A DNA stretch of 64,000 nt, taken from Promethearchaeati archaeon (GTDB lineage Archaea; Asgardarchaeota; Heimdallarchaeia; Heimdallarchaeales; Heimdallarchaeaceae). Below are positions 1 to 10,335 of the stretch, one piece after another. Positions within the stretch are counted from its first letter, which is position 1, and every line of letters starts with the position of its first letter. The notes under the pieces were generated by a model. It was not told where the DNA came from, did no database searches, and saw only the letters and a program-made list of their open reading frames with translations. The stretch spans positions 1 through 64,000 of the forward strand of contig JABLTJ010000003.1 of the NCBI GenBank assembly GCA_013166775.1. Reading direction: 5' to 3'. A program made the translations under genes and the position numbers.

Positions 1-533
1 GCAAGGCTTCTAGCTGGGAAGATGTCTGATAAGCCATCACCTATATAGATTATTTTGTAACCTGAATCCTTGAGCTGCTTGACATGCGAATATTTGCAAT
101 TTGCGCAATCATGTGTGCACTGTGCTGTTAAAAACTCTAGTTTTATCTTTCCATCATCTAATTTCATATCATTAGCTTTAATTTCAAATTCATCTTCAGG
201 AATTTCAGTATTAGAAAGAATTCTCTCAATATAAGTGATGAATCCATCCGAGACAATAATAAATTTCAAACTTATTTTCTTTGTCCATTCATAGAACTCT
301 ATGAAGGTTGGATCAACTTTGATTTCATCAACAATTTTGTTTATATCACTCATGGTTGTTTTTTCTATCATACCCCATTGATTGACTAAAGCTTCCCTTG
401 TACCCATTTTTCCTTTGATTACCAAATCATCATAATGATACCAATTTTTATCTGTTAATTCAGTCAAAAGAGCTTTACCAGTATCCATTAATGTAATAGT
501 GCCATCAAAATCGCAGCAAATAGCATAATGCAT
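1..533 (-). CDS. HAD-IB phosphatase, MtnX/PSP-like (partial, runs off window start)
   Basis: Not in ORF track. Manual translation from ATG at 533: MHYAICCDFDGTITLMDTG (motif I DxDGT), IIVSDGF (motif II), CTHDCANCK, IYIGDGLSD (motif IV). Confidence 0.85.
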   Translation of the reverse strand, partial: MHYAICCDFDGTITLMDTGKALLTELTDKNWYHYDDLVIKGKMGTREALVNQWGMIEKTTMSDINKIVDEIKVDPTFIEFYEWTKKISLKFIIVSDGFITYIERILSNTEIPEDEFEIKANDMKLDDGKIKLEFLTAQCTHDCANCKYSHVKQLKDSGYKIIYIGDGLSDIFPARSL

Positions 534-637
534 TAGTTTAGGATTTAGATTTTATATGAAAAATCTTCCTATTCGCCCTCAATTGGGTAGTTATATATAT
601 GTTGAGGATAATAAATTGAGCGAAGGGGTGTAAAACA

Positions 638-2005
638 ATCGACCCATTAGAATCTCTGTTAGAACAGACAAGGAAACAAGATACAGCTTATTCCGATATT
701 CGCTATGGAAGAATAAAACAGAAAAATATCATAGCACTCGATGGAGAAATCGTCAAAGAAAATAATTGTATAAACTCTGGTTACGGAATAAGAATGCTTT
801 CAGATGGTATTATTACCTTTGCTTCTTCTCCAGATGTGGAATTTGCAGAAAGGGAGATAAAAAAAGCTACCAGAGTTTCGAGTTTGATATCTAATTGGAA
901 AAAAGGTATTGCCGCATTAATCGATGCCCCTGTAGTAGATACTTCCGTAATTAAGAAACCTAAGGTCAGCTGGCAGGAGATGGATTTAAGGGAAACTAAA
1001 GAGAAAATAAGACATCTTGATGATTTTATTAGAGATTCATTAAAAGTTGAAGCTGAAATAGAAACTGATATTATGTTTATGAATTGGTCTGAAAGATTTG
1101 GAAGTTCAGAAGGATCAAGAGTACATCAAGAATATCCATATGCAATTTTGACTCTAACAGGTAGAGTTATGCACAATAATTTACAAGTGAAATATTATCA
1201 ATCGTTTGGAGGATTAGGTGGGATAGAAGCTCTACCTTTTGATAAATTAGAGCAACTTAGTCACTTTATCGAAGTAATAAATAATTTGCCAAATGCCCAG
1301 CTTGTTAAGCAAGGAAAATACCATTCTGTTCTAAGTGAAGATATGTCTTGGACACTTCTACATGAAGTTCTAGGTCATTCATTAGAAGCAGATAATGTTC
1401 TATCTGGTAGATCATTTTCAGCTGGAATGTTAGGATTAAAGATAGCTCCTTCCATGGTCAGTGTTATTGATGATCCCTATATTGAGACACTAGGGTACTA
1501 TGAATATGATTCTGAAGGAACAAAAGGTCGAGGAACACTATTAGTGGATGAAGGAATACTATCAGATTTTCTACATAGTCGAATGACAGCAGCTGCTATG
1601 GAGGGTGAAACTTCCGCTAATTTCAGAGCTTATAATTTTGAATTTCTTCCCCAGGTGAGAATGAGCAACATCTTCTTTGAACCCAAAGATTATTCTGAAG
1701 AAGAATTGTTTGAAACAGTTCAGAATGGATTGTATATTGGTGAAGGCTTGGGTGGTTCATCGGAACCACAAACTGGTGAATACAATTTGGATGCGCAATA
1801 TGGTCGAATCATCAAAGATGGTGAATTATCTGAATATATTTTACAATTTCAGATTAGTGGTAAAATGACTGATACACTGTCTAAAGTTGAATCAATAAGT
1901 GATAGATTAGTAGCTCAACCCGGTAGTTGTGTAAAGAATAATCAAAGACTCTATGTTGGATCTGTATGTCCAAAAATAGCTGTAACAGAGATGAAGGTGA
2001 GTTAA
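638..2005 (+). CDS. tldD: TldD family metalloprotease
   Basis: LLHEVLGHSLEAD zinc motif, DDP..GYYEYDSEG, VRMSN, GSCVK. The frame is open upstream of the ORF-track ATG (794) with TldD-like N-terminal sequence (YSDIRY...GYGIR); probable start at ATC 638. Confidence 0.9.
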   Translation: MDPLESLLEQTRKQDTAYSDIRYGRIKQKNIIALDGEIVKENNCINSGYGIRMLSDGIITFASSPDVEFAEREIKKATRVSSLISNWKKGIAALIDAPVVDTSVIKKPKVSWQEMDLRETKEKIRHLDDFIRDSLKVEAEIETDIMFMNWSERFGSSEGSRVHQEYPYAILTLTGRVMHNNLQVKYYQSFGGLGGIEALPFDKLEQLSHFIEVINNLPNAQLVKQGKYHSVLSEDMSWTLLHEVLGHSLEADNVLSGRSFSAGMLGLKIAPSMVSVIDDPYIETLGYYEYDSEGTKGRGTLLVDEGILSDFLHSRMTAAAMEGETSANFRAYNFEFLPQVRMSNIFFEPKDYSEEELFETVQNGLYIGEGLGGSSEPQTGEYNLDAQYGRIIKDGELSEYILQFQISGKMTDTLSKVESISDRLVAQPGSCVKNNQRLYVGSVCPKIAVTEMKVS

Positions 2006-3360
2006 TGTACTCTGATGACGAACTAAAAGATTTTGCCTCACAGATTTTACAAAAAGCGGAAAAACAATTCAATCTCTCTGAAGCTGAGGTTTTCATACAA
2101 TCATTATCACATATGATGGGTGGAATAGAATACAGAACCCCTAAAGTATTTCAAATAACTAATAGGGCAGGATGTGCAATAAGATTCTTCAAAAATGATG
2201 AACTATTTTTTGCATGTTTTCCATTAACCTCTGTTTTTCAAGAACTGGATAATTTAGAGCAAATTGCTACTTATCCTATTGCATCGAAGAAGTTTGAATT
2301 TCCAGAGATTAAGTTATCCTCATCCTCAGTATCAAACATTTATGACAAAAGAATAGCTTCCTTAAATGAAGAAGAGATTTATTCACTTTCGTATTCAATG
2401 AGTGAGTATGAAAAAACGATTGATGATATTATACTTGATGGTTCGATTCTCTTCTCTTTAGAAAAAAAAGTGATAGCAAATTCAACTCAAGCTTTAGCAT
2501 TTGAAAAAAGTACATGGTGTGATATCAGTTTACGGGCCCTCTATCGTGGATATGATATGATATCCACATCTGAAAAACATCTAACAAGTAGACAGATTCC
2601 TAGTTCAATTGCTAGCATTGTTGAAGATTTGGTTTCTGAAACTATGCAAAGATCTTCATTAAGTGAGACATTAACTAACCTATCCGTACCAATTATATTT
2701 TCCCCAATGGCTTTCTCGCAGATTTTTTCCTTTTCTTTTGTACCACTTTTAAAAAAGCCTAATACACACAAACTCTCTCCACTTGAATTTTCTCCTGAAT
2801 TCAGTTTAACAGATGATGGAACAGTACCTGGTCTACCAAACTCTACTGCTTTTGATGATGAAGGGATTAGTCAAGCCAAGACAGTTGTAATAAAAAAAGG
2901 CTCTCTAGAACAAGCTCTAAATAATTCTCAATTTTCACAAGAAAATGAAGAGAAAACTGGAAATTCTTTTAGAGTGAAATTATTTGAGATTTTTCCACGA
3001 AATTATCAAGCTTATCCTGACATTTTTCCATCGAATTTATTGGTCGGGGAAGGGCAAGAATCTTATGATCAAATAATCAATGATGTGAGTGAAGGTATTT
3101 TTGTTAACTCAACACAAGGATATATGACAGCTGATTACCATTCAGGCACTTTCAAAGTATCAGCAAACGATTCTTACAGAGTTGAACAAGGAGTAGTAGC
3201 TGGGACCTTACCCACTTTTGACGTAATTGGGAATATCTTTGAATTGCTATCAAAATCTCCAAGATTTTCTAAAGATAGAAAAGTAGTACGACCAATTAAT
3301 ACTCCTTATAGTATACTTTCTCCTTATGTTTATACAGAAGAAACTTCTATCTTCCTTTAA
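2005..3360 (+). CDS. tldE: TldE/PmbA family protein (non-catalytic partner of TldD)
   Basis: TDDGT..G..STAFDDEG, TGNS, SGTFKV motifs and no HExxH. ATG at 2005 overlaps the tldD stop (TAATG) and follows AAGGTGA. Confidence 0.85.
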   Translation: MYSDDELKDFASQILQKAEKQFNLSEAEVFIQSLSHMMGGIEYRTPKVFQITNRAGCAIRFFKNDELFFACFPLTSVFQELDNLEQIATYPIASKKFEFPEIKLSSSSVSNIYDKRIASLNEEEIYSLSYSMSEYEKTIDDIILDGSILFSLEKKVIANSTQALAFEKSTWCDISLRALYRGYDMISTSEKHLTSRQIPSSIASIVEDLVSETMQRSSLSETLTNLSVPIIFSPMAFSQIFSFSFVPLLKKPNTHKLSPLEFSPEFSLTDDGTVPGLPNSTAFDDEGISQAKTVVIKKGSLEQALNNSQFSQENEEKTGNSFRVKLFEIFPRNYQAYPDIFPSNLLVGEGQESYDQIINDVSEGIFVNSTQGYMTADYHSGTFKVSANDSYRVEQGVVAGTLPTFDVIGNIFELLSKSPRFSKDRKVVRPINTPYSILSPYVYTEETSIFL

Positions 3361-3465
3361 TTATTTGATAAACTGATTAAGCCAGAAGAAAACAAGTTCG
3401 ATAAGTTTAAAAATACAGATGACTCCAAAAGTCTGAATAAGAAGCCCCAATAATCGGTGAATTAA

Positions 3466-5007
3466 GTGGTAACGAAAAGATTGATTTTACCTCTCATGGT
3501 AATTGCTTTAATTACGAGTGTGAATTTTATAGCTGCAGATTTTGTTGATAATGAAACCACCAAAATCTCAAAAGATCAAGACAAAGATTTAATCTCTTTT
3601 CCAAAGAAAGCAATAAATTATAGACCTGTTTTTTGGAAAACAGATGCAAATACAACAGAGATTGTTGAAAGATATCCAGCAAACAATACTGGAGCAGTAA
3701 TTAAAGCCGATATCTATGCAAACGTTACTATTTGGTATACTTACGTTGGAGGAGATAACGAATCAGCTCCATTGCTTTTTGGAGACGATGGAACTATAGG
3801 TCCAGGTAGCCTAAGTTGGACAGAAGGAACTCTAATGACATATGACAACGAGACAACAGTTTCTAAAAACGATGGATTAGGATATTATAATTATACATTT
3901 AATATGTCATCCCAGTTTGTTACATTCAGAGCTAGATATGGTTTATATGAAGATGATATTGGTGTTCCTAATGTAATAACAATTGATATCTGGTTGAATT
4001 CAAGTCTCATTCAAGATTTCTATACTCAGTATGATGAAATTGATATGAATATAAGGATGAGAAGATATAATATTACAAATTATGGACTTGTTTACAGGGA
4101 AGTTATAACAGATCCTGAAGATCCTGATTATCGAACGAATTTCCAAAATATTACGGTACCGTATGTAGAAGATGGCAGTTCAATTGCAAAGGTTGTGAAT
4201 GCAACTACTTTAGATACTTTTCCTGTTGACACTGAATTGGACGTGAGAGCATTTGTAACTCACTATGATAATGTTACTTTACAAGAAAGAGTATTTTTCG
4301 AAAATGACGCAGATATTGTTACTATTGTTGATGGTAATCCACAAATGAACATTACTCATACAAGATATACTAATTCACTAAATGTTAGTGTTAACTGGGA
4401 AGCTGAAGCTCCCAAACTCAATATTACAACAGTAGAAATTGATTGGGATGATTCAACTGGACTAGATATTTATGCTGATTTACCAAAACATACAGCTTAT
4501 CATCTTTATTCTGAAACAGGTGAGTATTCTATAAATGTTACAGCTTATGCTTATGGTGCTCATATTAGCAAATTCGCAACAGTGTTAATAGAAACTGAAG
4601 TACCAGATGGAGAAATCCTATTACAATTAGCTAATGGAACTATGATTGATCCTACATCTCTAGAAACAACAAAAATAGAATCAAAAGATAAACGTATTAC
4701 TTTCTATTTCAATGGTTCTGATACTGGAGGTAGTGAGATTGATAAATTCGTCATAGAAACTGATGAAGGGAATCTTTTCGAATTTCTGAACGCTGCAACA
4801 GCAATAATTGCTTTCTTAGAATATGGAGTTCATGATATCTATTTCAGAATTTATGATAAATCAGGTAACATCTACGAAATTCAGTTCCAAATTGAACTTA
4901 CTATACCTCCAGAACCAACTGATATGCCAGTACCTTATCCATTTGGTGTCATATCATTTCTTGGTTTAGTAGCTTTAGCTTTTATTTATCTACGTAAAAA
5001 GAGATAA
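3466..5007 (+). CDS. Secreted, C-terminally anchored surface glycoprotein with PKD/Ig-like domains
   Basis: N-terminal signal peptide, many N-x-S/T sequons, IDWDDS...HLYSETGEYSINVTAY PKD-like segment, and Pro-rich motif + TM + RKKR tail. Confidence 0.7.
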   Translation: MVTKRLILPLMVIALITSVNFIAADFVDNETTKISKDQDKDLISFPKKAINYRPVFWKTDANTTEIVERYPANNTGAVIKADIYANVTIWYTYVGGDNESAPLLFGDDGTIGPGSLSWTEGTLMTYDNETTVSKNDGLGYYNYTFNMSSQFVTFRARYGLYEDDIGVPNVITIDIWLNSSLIQDFYTQYDEIDMNIRMRRYNITNYGLVYREVITDPEDPDYRTNFQNITVPYVEDGSSIAKVVNATTLDTFPVDTELDVRAFVTHYDNVTLQERVFFENDADIVTIVDGNPQMNITHTRYTNSLNVSVNWEAEAPKLNITTVEIDWDDSTGLDIYADLPKHTAYHLYSETGEYSINVTAYAYGAHISKFATVLIETEVPDGEILLQLANGTMIDPTSLETTKIESKDKRITFYFNGSDTGGSEIDKFVIETDEGNLFEFLNAATAIIAFLEYGVHDIYFRIYDKSGNIYEIQFQIELTIPPEPTDMPVPYPFGVISFLGLVALAFIYLRKKR

Positions 5008-5057
5008 TTTCTCTTTCTTTTTTAAATACAAAATTTTTTTTATTACGATGTTTAATT

Positions 5058-5633
5058 ATGTTTGTGGATTCTACACAAAAGGATAAGCAAAGTAAAGTTT
5101 ATTCAGAGGAAGAGCTCATCAACTATCTCCTCTCAGCAACAGAAGACTCAAGGAGAGACTTCAGTCTTTTTGCAATCCGTGAAATGAAACACTATCATTC
5201 TCCTAGGATTGTAGATAGGTTAGTTAAAATCATTCAAGAAGACCCAGAACCTCTTAAAAAAGTCGAAGCAATTAGAACAATTTCAGTAAAAAAACCAAAT
5301 CAGTACATAAAACAAATCGTTCTAGATGAACTTAGGTCTGAAGATGAAAGAGTTAGATCTGCAGCTGCTGAATTGCTTAAATTCTATAACGATAGCATTA
5401 CTAATGATTTACATTCATTACTAGATGTGGATTTGCCAGAATATACAAAAACTAAGATTATTTGGTTGTTGGGTCATGTGGGGAATCAATCTTCAATAGA
5501 TATTCTAACAAAGAAAAGTTTTGTAGAAGCTGAAGAATTCAAAGATTCTGTGAAAGATACAATAAATTCTATTAAGCAAAGGTTTGTAAAACTTTCAATT
5601 GATGACATTAGGAAAAAAAGTGAGGAAGAATAA
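5058..5633 (+). CDS. HEAT-repeat protein
   Basis: HEAT_2-like repeats (DEDERVRSAAAELL-type, IIWLLGHVG). Confidence 0.7.
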   Translation: MFVDSTQKDKQSKVYSEEELINYLLSATEDSRRDFSLFAIREMKHYHSPRIVDRLVKIIQEDPEPLKKVEAIRTISVKKPNQYIKQIVLDELRSEDERVRSAAAELLKFYNDSITNDLHSLLDVDLPEYTKTKIIWLLGHVGNQSSIDILTKKSFVEAEEFKDSVKDTINSIKQRFVKLSIDDIRKKSEEE

Positions 5634-6020
5634 TTACTCTTTCCATGCAATTGCAGATATTTCAACTTCTACATCTAGTGGTAAACGACTTGCTTCAAAG
5701 GCTACTCTAGCAGGAGGTTGTTCTGGGAAATAAGAACCGTAAATTTCATTCATTTTTCCGAAATCATCCATATTTTTCAGGTAAACTCTGCATCTAACTA
5801 CATCCATCATAGTGTAACCCGCTTCTTCCACAATAGCTGCAATATTTTCCATTACTTGCATTGTTGCTTTCTGAATGTCCCCTCTGATTATTTCTTTTGT
5901 TTCAGGATTCACTGGTACCTGTCCTGCAACATATAGAAATTGTCCCGCTTGAACTGCTTGAGAATAAGGACCAACAGGTGCTGGAGCTTTATCAGTTAAT
6001 ATTATCTTCTTAGATGTCAT
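5634..6020 (-). CDS. ridA: RidA/YjgF enamine-imine deaminase
   Basis: APAPVGPYSQAV, YVAGQVP, PPARVAFEASRLPLDVEVEI. Likely start ATG 6020 (ORF track 6041). Confidence 0.93.
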   Translation of the reverse strand: MTSKKIILTDKAPAPVGPYSQAVQAGQFLYVAGQVPVNPETKEIIRGDIQKATMQVMENIAAIVEEAGYTMMDVVRCRVYLKNMDDFGKMNEIYGSYFPEQPPARVAFEASRLPLDVEVEISAIAWKE

Positions 6021-6062
6021 AAAACAAAAAAGAACAAGCAAAAGATAAACTTTCCCCTAAAA

Positions 6063-6929
6063 CTATATCGTTTCCCAAATCTGAAGAATCTGAAAAATCA
6101 AACCTACGACAAAATTAAGAACAATTTTGTTTCTTCTCTTAAACTGTGTTTCAACAATATCAACATACATCGCATTTGGTATAATAATCTCAAGAATTTC
6201 AAGTAATATCTGAGGTGTTAATCCAAATGGCTCTGCTGTTCCTAGAGTTGGAACAAAAGATTGATCCAACACATCTACGTCTATACTTAAGTAAACTCGA
6301 TCAAACTTCTCGACAAACTCTCTAATAATATTATAACTCTCTTCTCTACTTTTCATTATCTGTTGAGTAGGTAAGAAGTTTACTTCATTATTATTGATTT
6401 TTTTATGTTCTGTAGAGGTTTGGGTAAAAGCATGTCCTCCAATTAGTAATAATTGATTAGCTTTGAGTTTATTGAAATTCTTTAGATTTGTAAATACTGT
6501 ACCATGTGATTGAATAATCCCTTCTGGGTATTCATCCGCTAAATCAGCATGAGAATCTAACCAAATGATTGCTGTTTTATCATCTATTTCTGAGCAGGAT
6601 AAAGTATCGAAAGTTATACTATGATCTCCCCCTAAAACTAGTATTTTAGAATCCAAATCATAGGCTTTTTTCCAAACTTCTGCAATTTTATTGGATCCCC
6701 AGAAATCTCCTAAATCAAAATATACGCTTTTGCTCTTTGTAATATCATATTTCATTGAAACTCCGCTGAACTCATATGAATGTTTGCGAATTGCTTTTGG
6801 TGCTTTCTTTGATCCCCCTGGTGTAGCTTTTACTCTCTCAAAAGGTAATCCAAAAAGGAGGATTGAATTTTTCTCGTTTATATCACTAACACTTTCTTTT
6901 CTATAGAAACCAACAAAAGTATTTTTCAT
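6063..6929 (-). CDS. Ureohydrolase, probably agmatinase
   Basis: GGDHSIT, WLDSHADL, SHGT, YLSIDVDVLD metal ligands and GTAEPFG. Confidence 0.85.
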   Translation of the reverse strand: MKNTFVGFYRKESVSDINEKNSILLFGLPFERVKATPGGSKKAPKAIRKHSYEFSGVSMKYDITKSKSVYFDLGDFWGSNKIAEVWKKAYDLDSKILVLGGDHSITFDTLSCSEIDDKTAIIWLDSHADLADEYPEGIIQSHGTVFTNLKNFNKLKANQLLLIGGHAFTQTSTEHKKINNNEVNFLPTQQIMKSREESYNIIREFVEKFDRVYLSIDVDVLDQSFVPTLGTAEPFGLTPQILLEILEIIIPNAMYVDIVETQFKRRNKIVLNFVVGLIFQILQIWETI

Positions 6930-6986
6930 TCTTTAGCTTCCTCTTTATCTAGCAGAAATAAGAGAATAAAAAACCTGCCGTTTTCA

Positions 6987-9530
6987 TCATTGATCTCTTA
7001 GGAAATAATCAGGAGAAGTAACATAACGATGTTCATCATCTATCTCCCCAACTTCTATATCAGTATAAATCTCTTCCATAATTTCTTCATCACTAATATC
7101 AGCTAGTATTTTTCTTTTATCTACTGAAATTATCCTAGCTAATTCTATTGATTTAGGATTGAATTTTTCCATTAATTCACTTAAATAATCTATATCTGAT
7201 ATTTTACCAGATAAATTCATGAAAATCATAACTATATCTGGTCGCAGTGCAATTTGAGGAGCAATACTTAGTTGTTTTCCTATTGAGATAGCTAAATTAT
7301 CAATGAAGTTCTGATCTTTTCTAAAGAGCTTCTCTGGTGTATCCGAGATTAGAGAAGCTATTAACATTAAATCAATAGACGTCCAAAGATGAAGGACAGG
7401 TTTTTTGAGGAGTTTCAAATCATAGACGACTCCTATTTCTGTTCCTTTTACATTTTCTACAACTTTCCCTTCTAAATCAAAGATTTCTGAAAGTCCAAAC
7501 GTAGGGGATCCGTAATTTGCTATAATCGAATCACTTATGATTTTCACGTTGCCAAGTGAAATTAAAGAATATCTAGAACTTTCGATTTTTTCTGGCAGTA
7601 TACCTGTATTCTTCTCGATGAGAATTCGTTTGAAGAATTCTATGTTTATGGTCTCTTCCTCGCTTTTATCAAATTCTTGCGAAAATTCAGTTATTGTTGC
7701 CTCTTTCATCTCTTTTCTAGTTAGAGTTTTTGCTCTTTCAGGAGCTGGAACTATCTCCCCATGGAGTAGTTTATAGATTTGTTCGTAAATAAAATCGCCA
7801 ACGAATTCATTCTCCACTACTAAAAAATACCCCTTATCAGGATGATAGATGATAGATTGAGCTTTTCCAATTTCATTACTGAATATATCTCTTACTACTA
7901 CATTAGTATTAGCTGATAAGTGATCGTTTATCATATTACTTTCTGTTGGATTAAAGTAAGGCAGAATTTCTCCGTTTTGAATAATATTCTCACTTTTAAT
8001 AATAATTTCTCTTGAAGATTTTGTAACAAATTCTATTGGAATAAATAGAAAATTATCTGGCTGTAACATAACTTGTTTTAATTCATCAGAAATTGGAGAT
8101 TCTGCTATAGAACAGTATTCTATTATCGCTTCTGGAATGAGATAAGTAAATGGTACTTGTGGAAGATTTTTAGTTAATTCGTTAAGTAAATATTCTTTCT
8201 TTTCTTCTTCAGATAAATCTTCTTGTTTATTCTTTCTATCAGACAGAATATTATCATATATTCGTCTAGCCATTGAAAGAGAAATCTCTTGTTGTTGCTT
8301 TATTATAATTCCAAATTGCTCATCCAATTGTCCTGGTCCAACTAGAAATCCTACTAGATCACTTTGTTCATCAAGAACAGGTTTTCCAGTATATCGCCAT
8401 AGTGCTTTAAGTTCAGATAGAAGTTGATAATTTATGTCTCTGCTTGCGAAGTTTGATGAAACAGAGATTTTTGTTCTTTCACCCAAAGAACTCATTAATT
8501 CGCTATAACTTTGGATTCTATCTTCAGCTTCAAGTGTTAGATCTTTAAAGTAAGGAGTTATTATTTCTTGATAGCGCAAGTGTTCTCCATAAATTGCATT
8601 CATCGCATCTAAGTCTTTTGTATAATCATTGATATCATCGTCAAGTAGTTCTTCATAGATGACTAACTGCTTAATTTTTCTTTCTAATTCATCTTTCTGA
8701 TTTTGATTTAAATTACTCTTATTGATATCATAGAACTGTTTAAAACGCTCTTTTTCCTGTTGGATTGAAACTTTCCAATCGAGTGTATCTTGAGCTGCTT
8801 TTTTTAGAATAGGTCGGTGCCTAAGAACTCGATCATTAATATCATAAATAATCCCTTTTAGTTCTTTCTTCTCTGTTTCCATTCTTCTTAATCGATTAAT
8901 ATTTTCACTTACTTCATTATTGAAGAGAAGAAAATTGTTGTGAGTGTTTTTATACAAATGATCTCTGCATACTGAAAATAATAATTCAGATAATTTGTAA
9001 AAATGTTGAAAGATTTTATGTTGTTTTCTTTCTATATCATTCTTTGCTCCAACATAATCTTGATCGCTTACTCTACCAATAATAATATCCTGTTCCAAAT
9101 CCATCTCTTCTTCAAAGGTTTTTGTTGCAGCTTTAATTGCCATATGCATAACATATCGAATCTTCAACTCTTCTATCTCTATTGCTGGAATCAATGGTAA
9201 TTCAATAGATGGAACCTCAATAATTATAATTGGTTGAGGTGCTGGAGAAACGATTTCTTTCCCAGTTTCTAGCTGATGAATATCAGATTCTAGTTCAGGG
9301 AGGGATTCTTTCGTCTCTTCAAATATCTTGATTTCTTGTGAGATTCGAAGCGTTTGAGGAAGACTAGTTAGCATCTCTTGATATTTGCTTTTAAGAGTTT
9401 GATATGTTCTTCTATCAATTGAACCTCTAATGTATCTCAAATCTAAATCTCTTATGAATCGAAGGATTCTTCGTTTTCTAGAACCACTATCATCTTCTAT
9501 CATTATTAAATAACATTGAGTTATTCCCAT
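6987..9530 (-). CDS. Large coiled-coil protein with three PRC-barrel-like segments
   Basis: N-terminal helical/coiled-coil half, then YTGKPVLDEQSDLVGFL, VVRDIFSNEIGKA and LEGKVVENVKGTEIGVVYDL matching the PRC-barrel G-x-V-x-D/N-x2-G-x2-IG pattern. Confidence 0.55.
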   Translation of the reverse strand: MGITQCYLIMIEDDSGSRKRRILRFIRDLDLRYIRGSIDRRTYQTLKSKYQEMLTSLPQTLRISQEIKIFEETKESLPELESDIHQLETGKEIVSPAPQPIIIIEVPSIELPLIPAIEIEELKIRYVMHMAIKAATKTFEEEMDLEQDIIIGRVSDQDYVGAKNDIERKQHKIFQHFYKLSELLFSVCRDHLYKNTHNNFLLFNNEVSENINRLRRMETEKKELKGIIYDINDRVLRHRPILKKAAQDTLDWKVSIQQEKERFKQFYDINKSNLNQNQKDELERKIKQLVIYEELLDDDINDYTKDLDAMNAIYGEHLRYQEIITPYFKDLTLEAEDRIQSYSELMSSLGERTKISVSSNFASRDINYQLLSELKALWRYTGKPVLDEQSDLVGFLVGPGQLDEQFGIIIKQQQEISLSMARRIYDNILSDRKNKQEDLSEEEKKEYLLNELTKNLPQVPFTYLIPEAIIEYCSIAESPISDELKQVMLQPDNFLFIPIEFVTKSSREIIIKSENIIQNGEILPYFNPTESNMINDHLSANTNVVVRDIFSNEIGKAQSIIYHPDKGYFLVVENEFVGDFIYEQIYKLLHGEIVPAPERAKTLTRKEMKEATITEFSQEFDKSEEETINIEFFKRILIEKNTGILPEKIESSRYSLISLGNVKIISDSIIANYGSPTFGLSEIFDLEGKVVENVKGTEIGVVYDLKLLKKPVLHLWTSIDLMLIASLISDTPEKLFRKDQNFIDNLAISIGKQLSIAPQIALRPDIVMIFMNLSGKISDIDYLSELMEKFNPKSIELARIISVDKRKILADISDEEIMEEIYTDIEVGEIDDEHRYVTSPDYFLRDQ

Positions 9531-9649
9531 TCAAATATATTACTAAACTACCCAATATAGCGAGAAAAAAAATAAAAAACGAAATTGCCTCTAGAAAAAA
9601 TATATAATAGTTAATAGATAAATGCATGTAGACAGAAAGGTGAAATAGT

Positions 9650-10015
9650 ATGAGCTTTCAAGATGATGTTGCTATTTTGGTACAAGAAGGAACAATCGGT
9701 GTGTGTTGGTTAGTCGGAGATGATCAAAAGATCTATTATACTTATGGAGATTGGGCAGTAGATCCATTAATTCCCTTTAACTCGTTTAAATCTCAAGATC
9801 CAATCGTTGGAATTGACTTTGGTGGAGGTTTACGTTTTACTACTATAGCTATGACGCCAGATAGATTAATCACTTCAAATTTGGGTGGTCAAGGTCATAT
9901 AATGGTTGCAAAATGTCCTAAATGGGCAGGTTGTGTTATTACTTGGTCTCCTGCTGATGTTGAACACAGATATGCTTATGCTTCTGCTGCGAGATTAGCT
10001 GCAAAAGTTCAATAA
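9650..10015 (+). CDS. Asgard-type profilin
   Basis: 121 aa; GDWAV...GLRFTTIAMTPDRLITSNLGGQGHIMVAKC resembles the Asgard profilin pattern (GIKY..ER..GTNITGKGH). Strong AAGGTGA RBS. Confidence 0.75.
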   Translation: MSFQDDVAILVQEGTIGVCWLVGDDQKIYYTYGDWAVDPLIPFNSFKSQDPIVGIDFGGGLRFTTIAMTPDRLITSNLGGQGHIMVAKCPKWAGCVITWSPADVEHRYAYASAARLAAKVQ

Positions 10016-10032
10016 CCTTTTTGGTGTTTTTT

Positions 10033-10335
10033 TTGTCTCAGCATCCTTGCATCGAGGTTCAAGATGATTCTATATCTGTTTCATTGAATGTTCATCCAAA
10101 TTCTCAGAGGAGTAAAATAGTAATTACGGACTATTCAGTTGAAATTTATATAAAGGAACCACCAGCAAAGGGAAAAGCAAATCAAGCACTGATTAAATTT
10201 TTATCCAGAAAACTTGAAATCTCCACATCCTCCATAAAATTAGTATTTGGTGAAAAATCAAAGAAAAAAGTAGTTTCTATCTCAGGATTGACTCAACAGC
10301 AAATTTTAGAACGAATGAATGAAAGAAGTGGTTAA
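10033..10335 (+). CDS. UPF0235/DUF167 (YggU-like) protein
   Basis: VHPNSQRS, EPPAKGKANQALIKFL, GEKSKKK signature. Confidence 0.9.
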   Translation: MSQHPCIEVQDDSISVSLNVHPNSQRSKIVITDYSVEIYIKEPPAKGKANQALIKFLSRKLEISTSSIKLVFGEKSKKKVVSISGLTQQQILERMNERSG

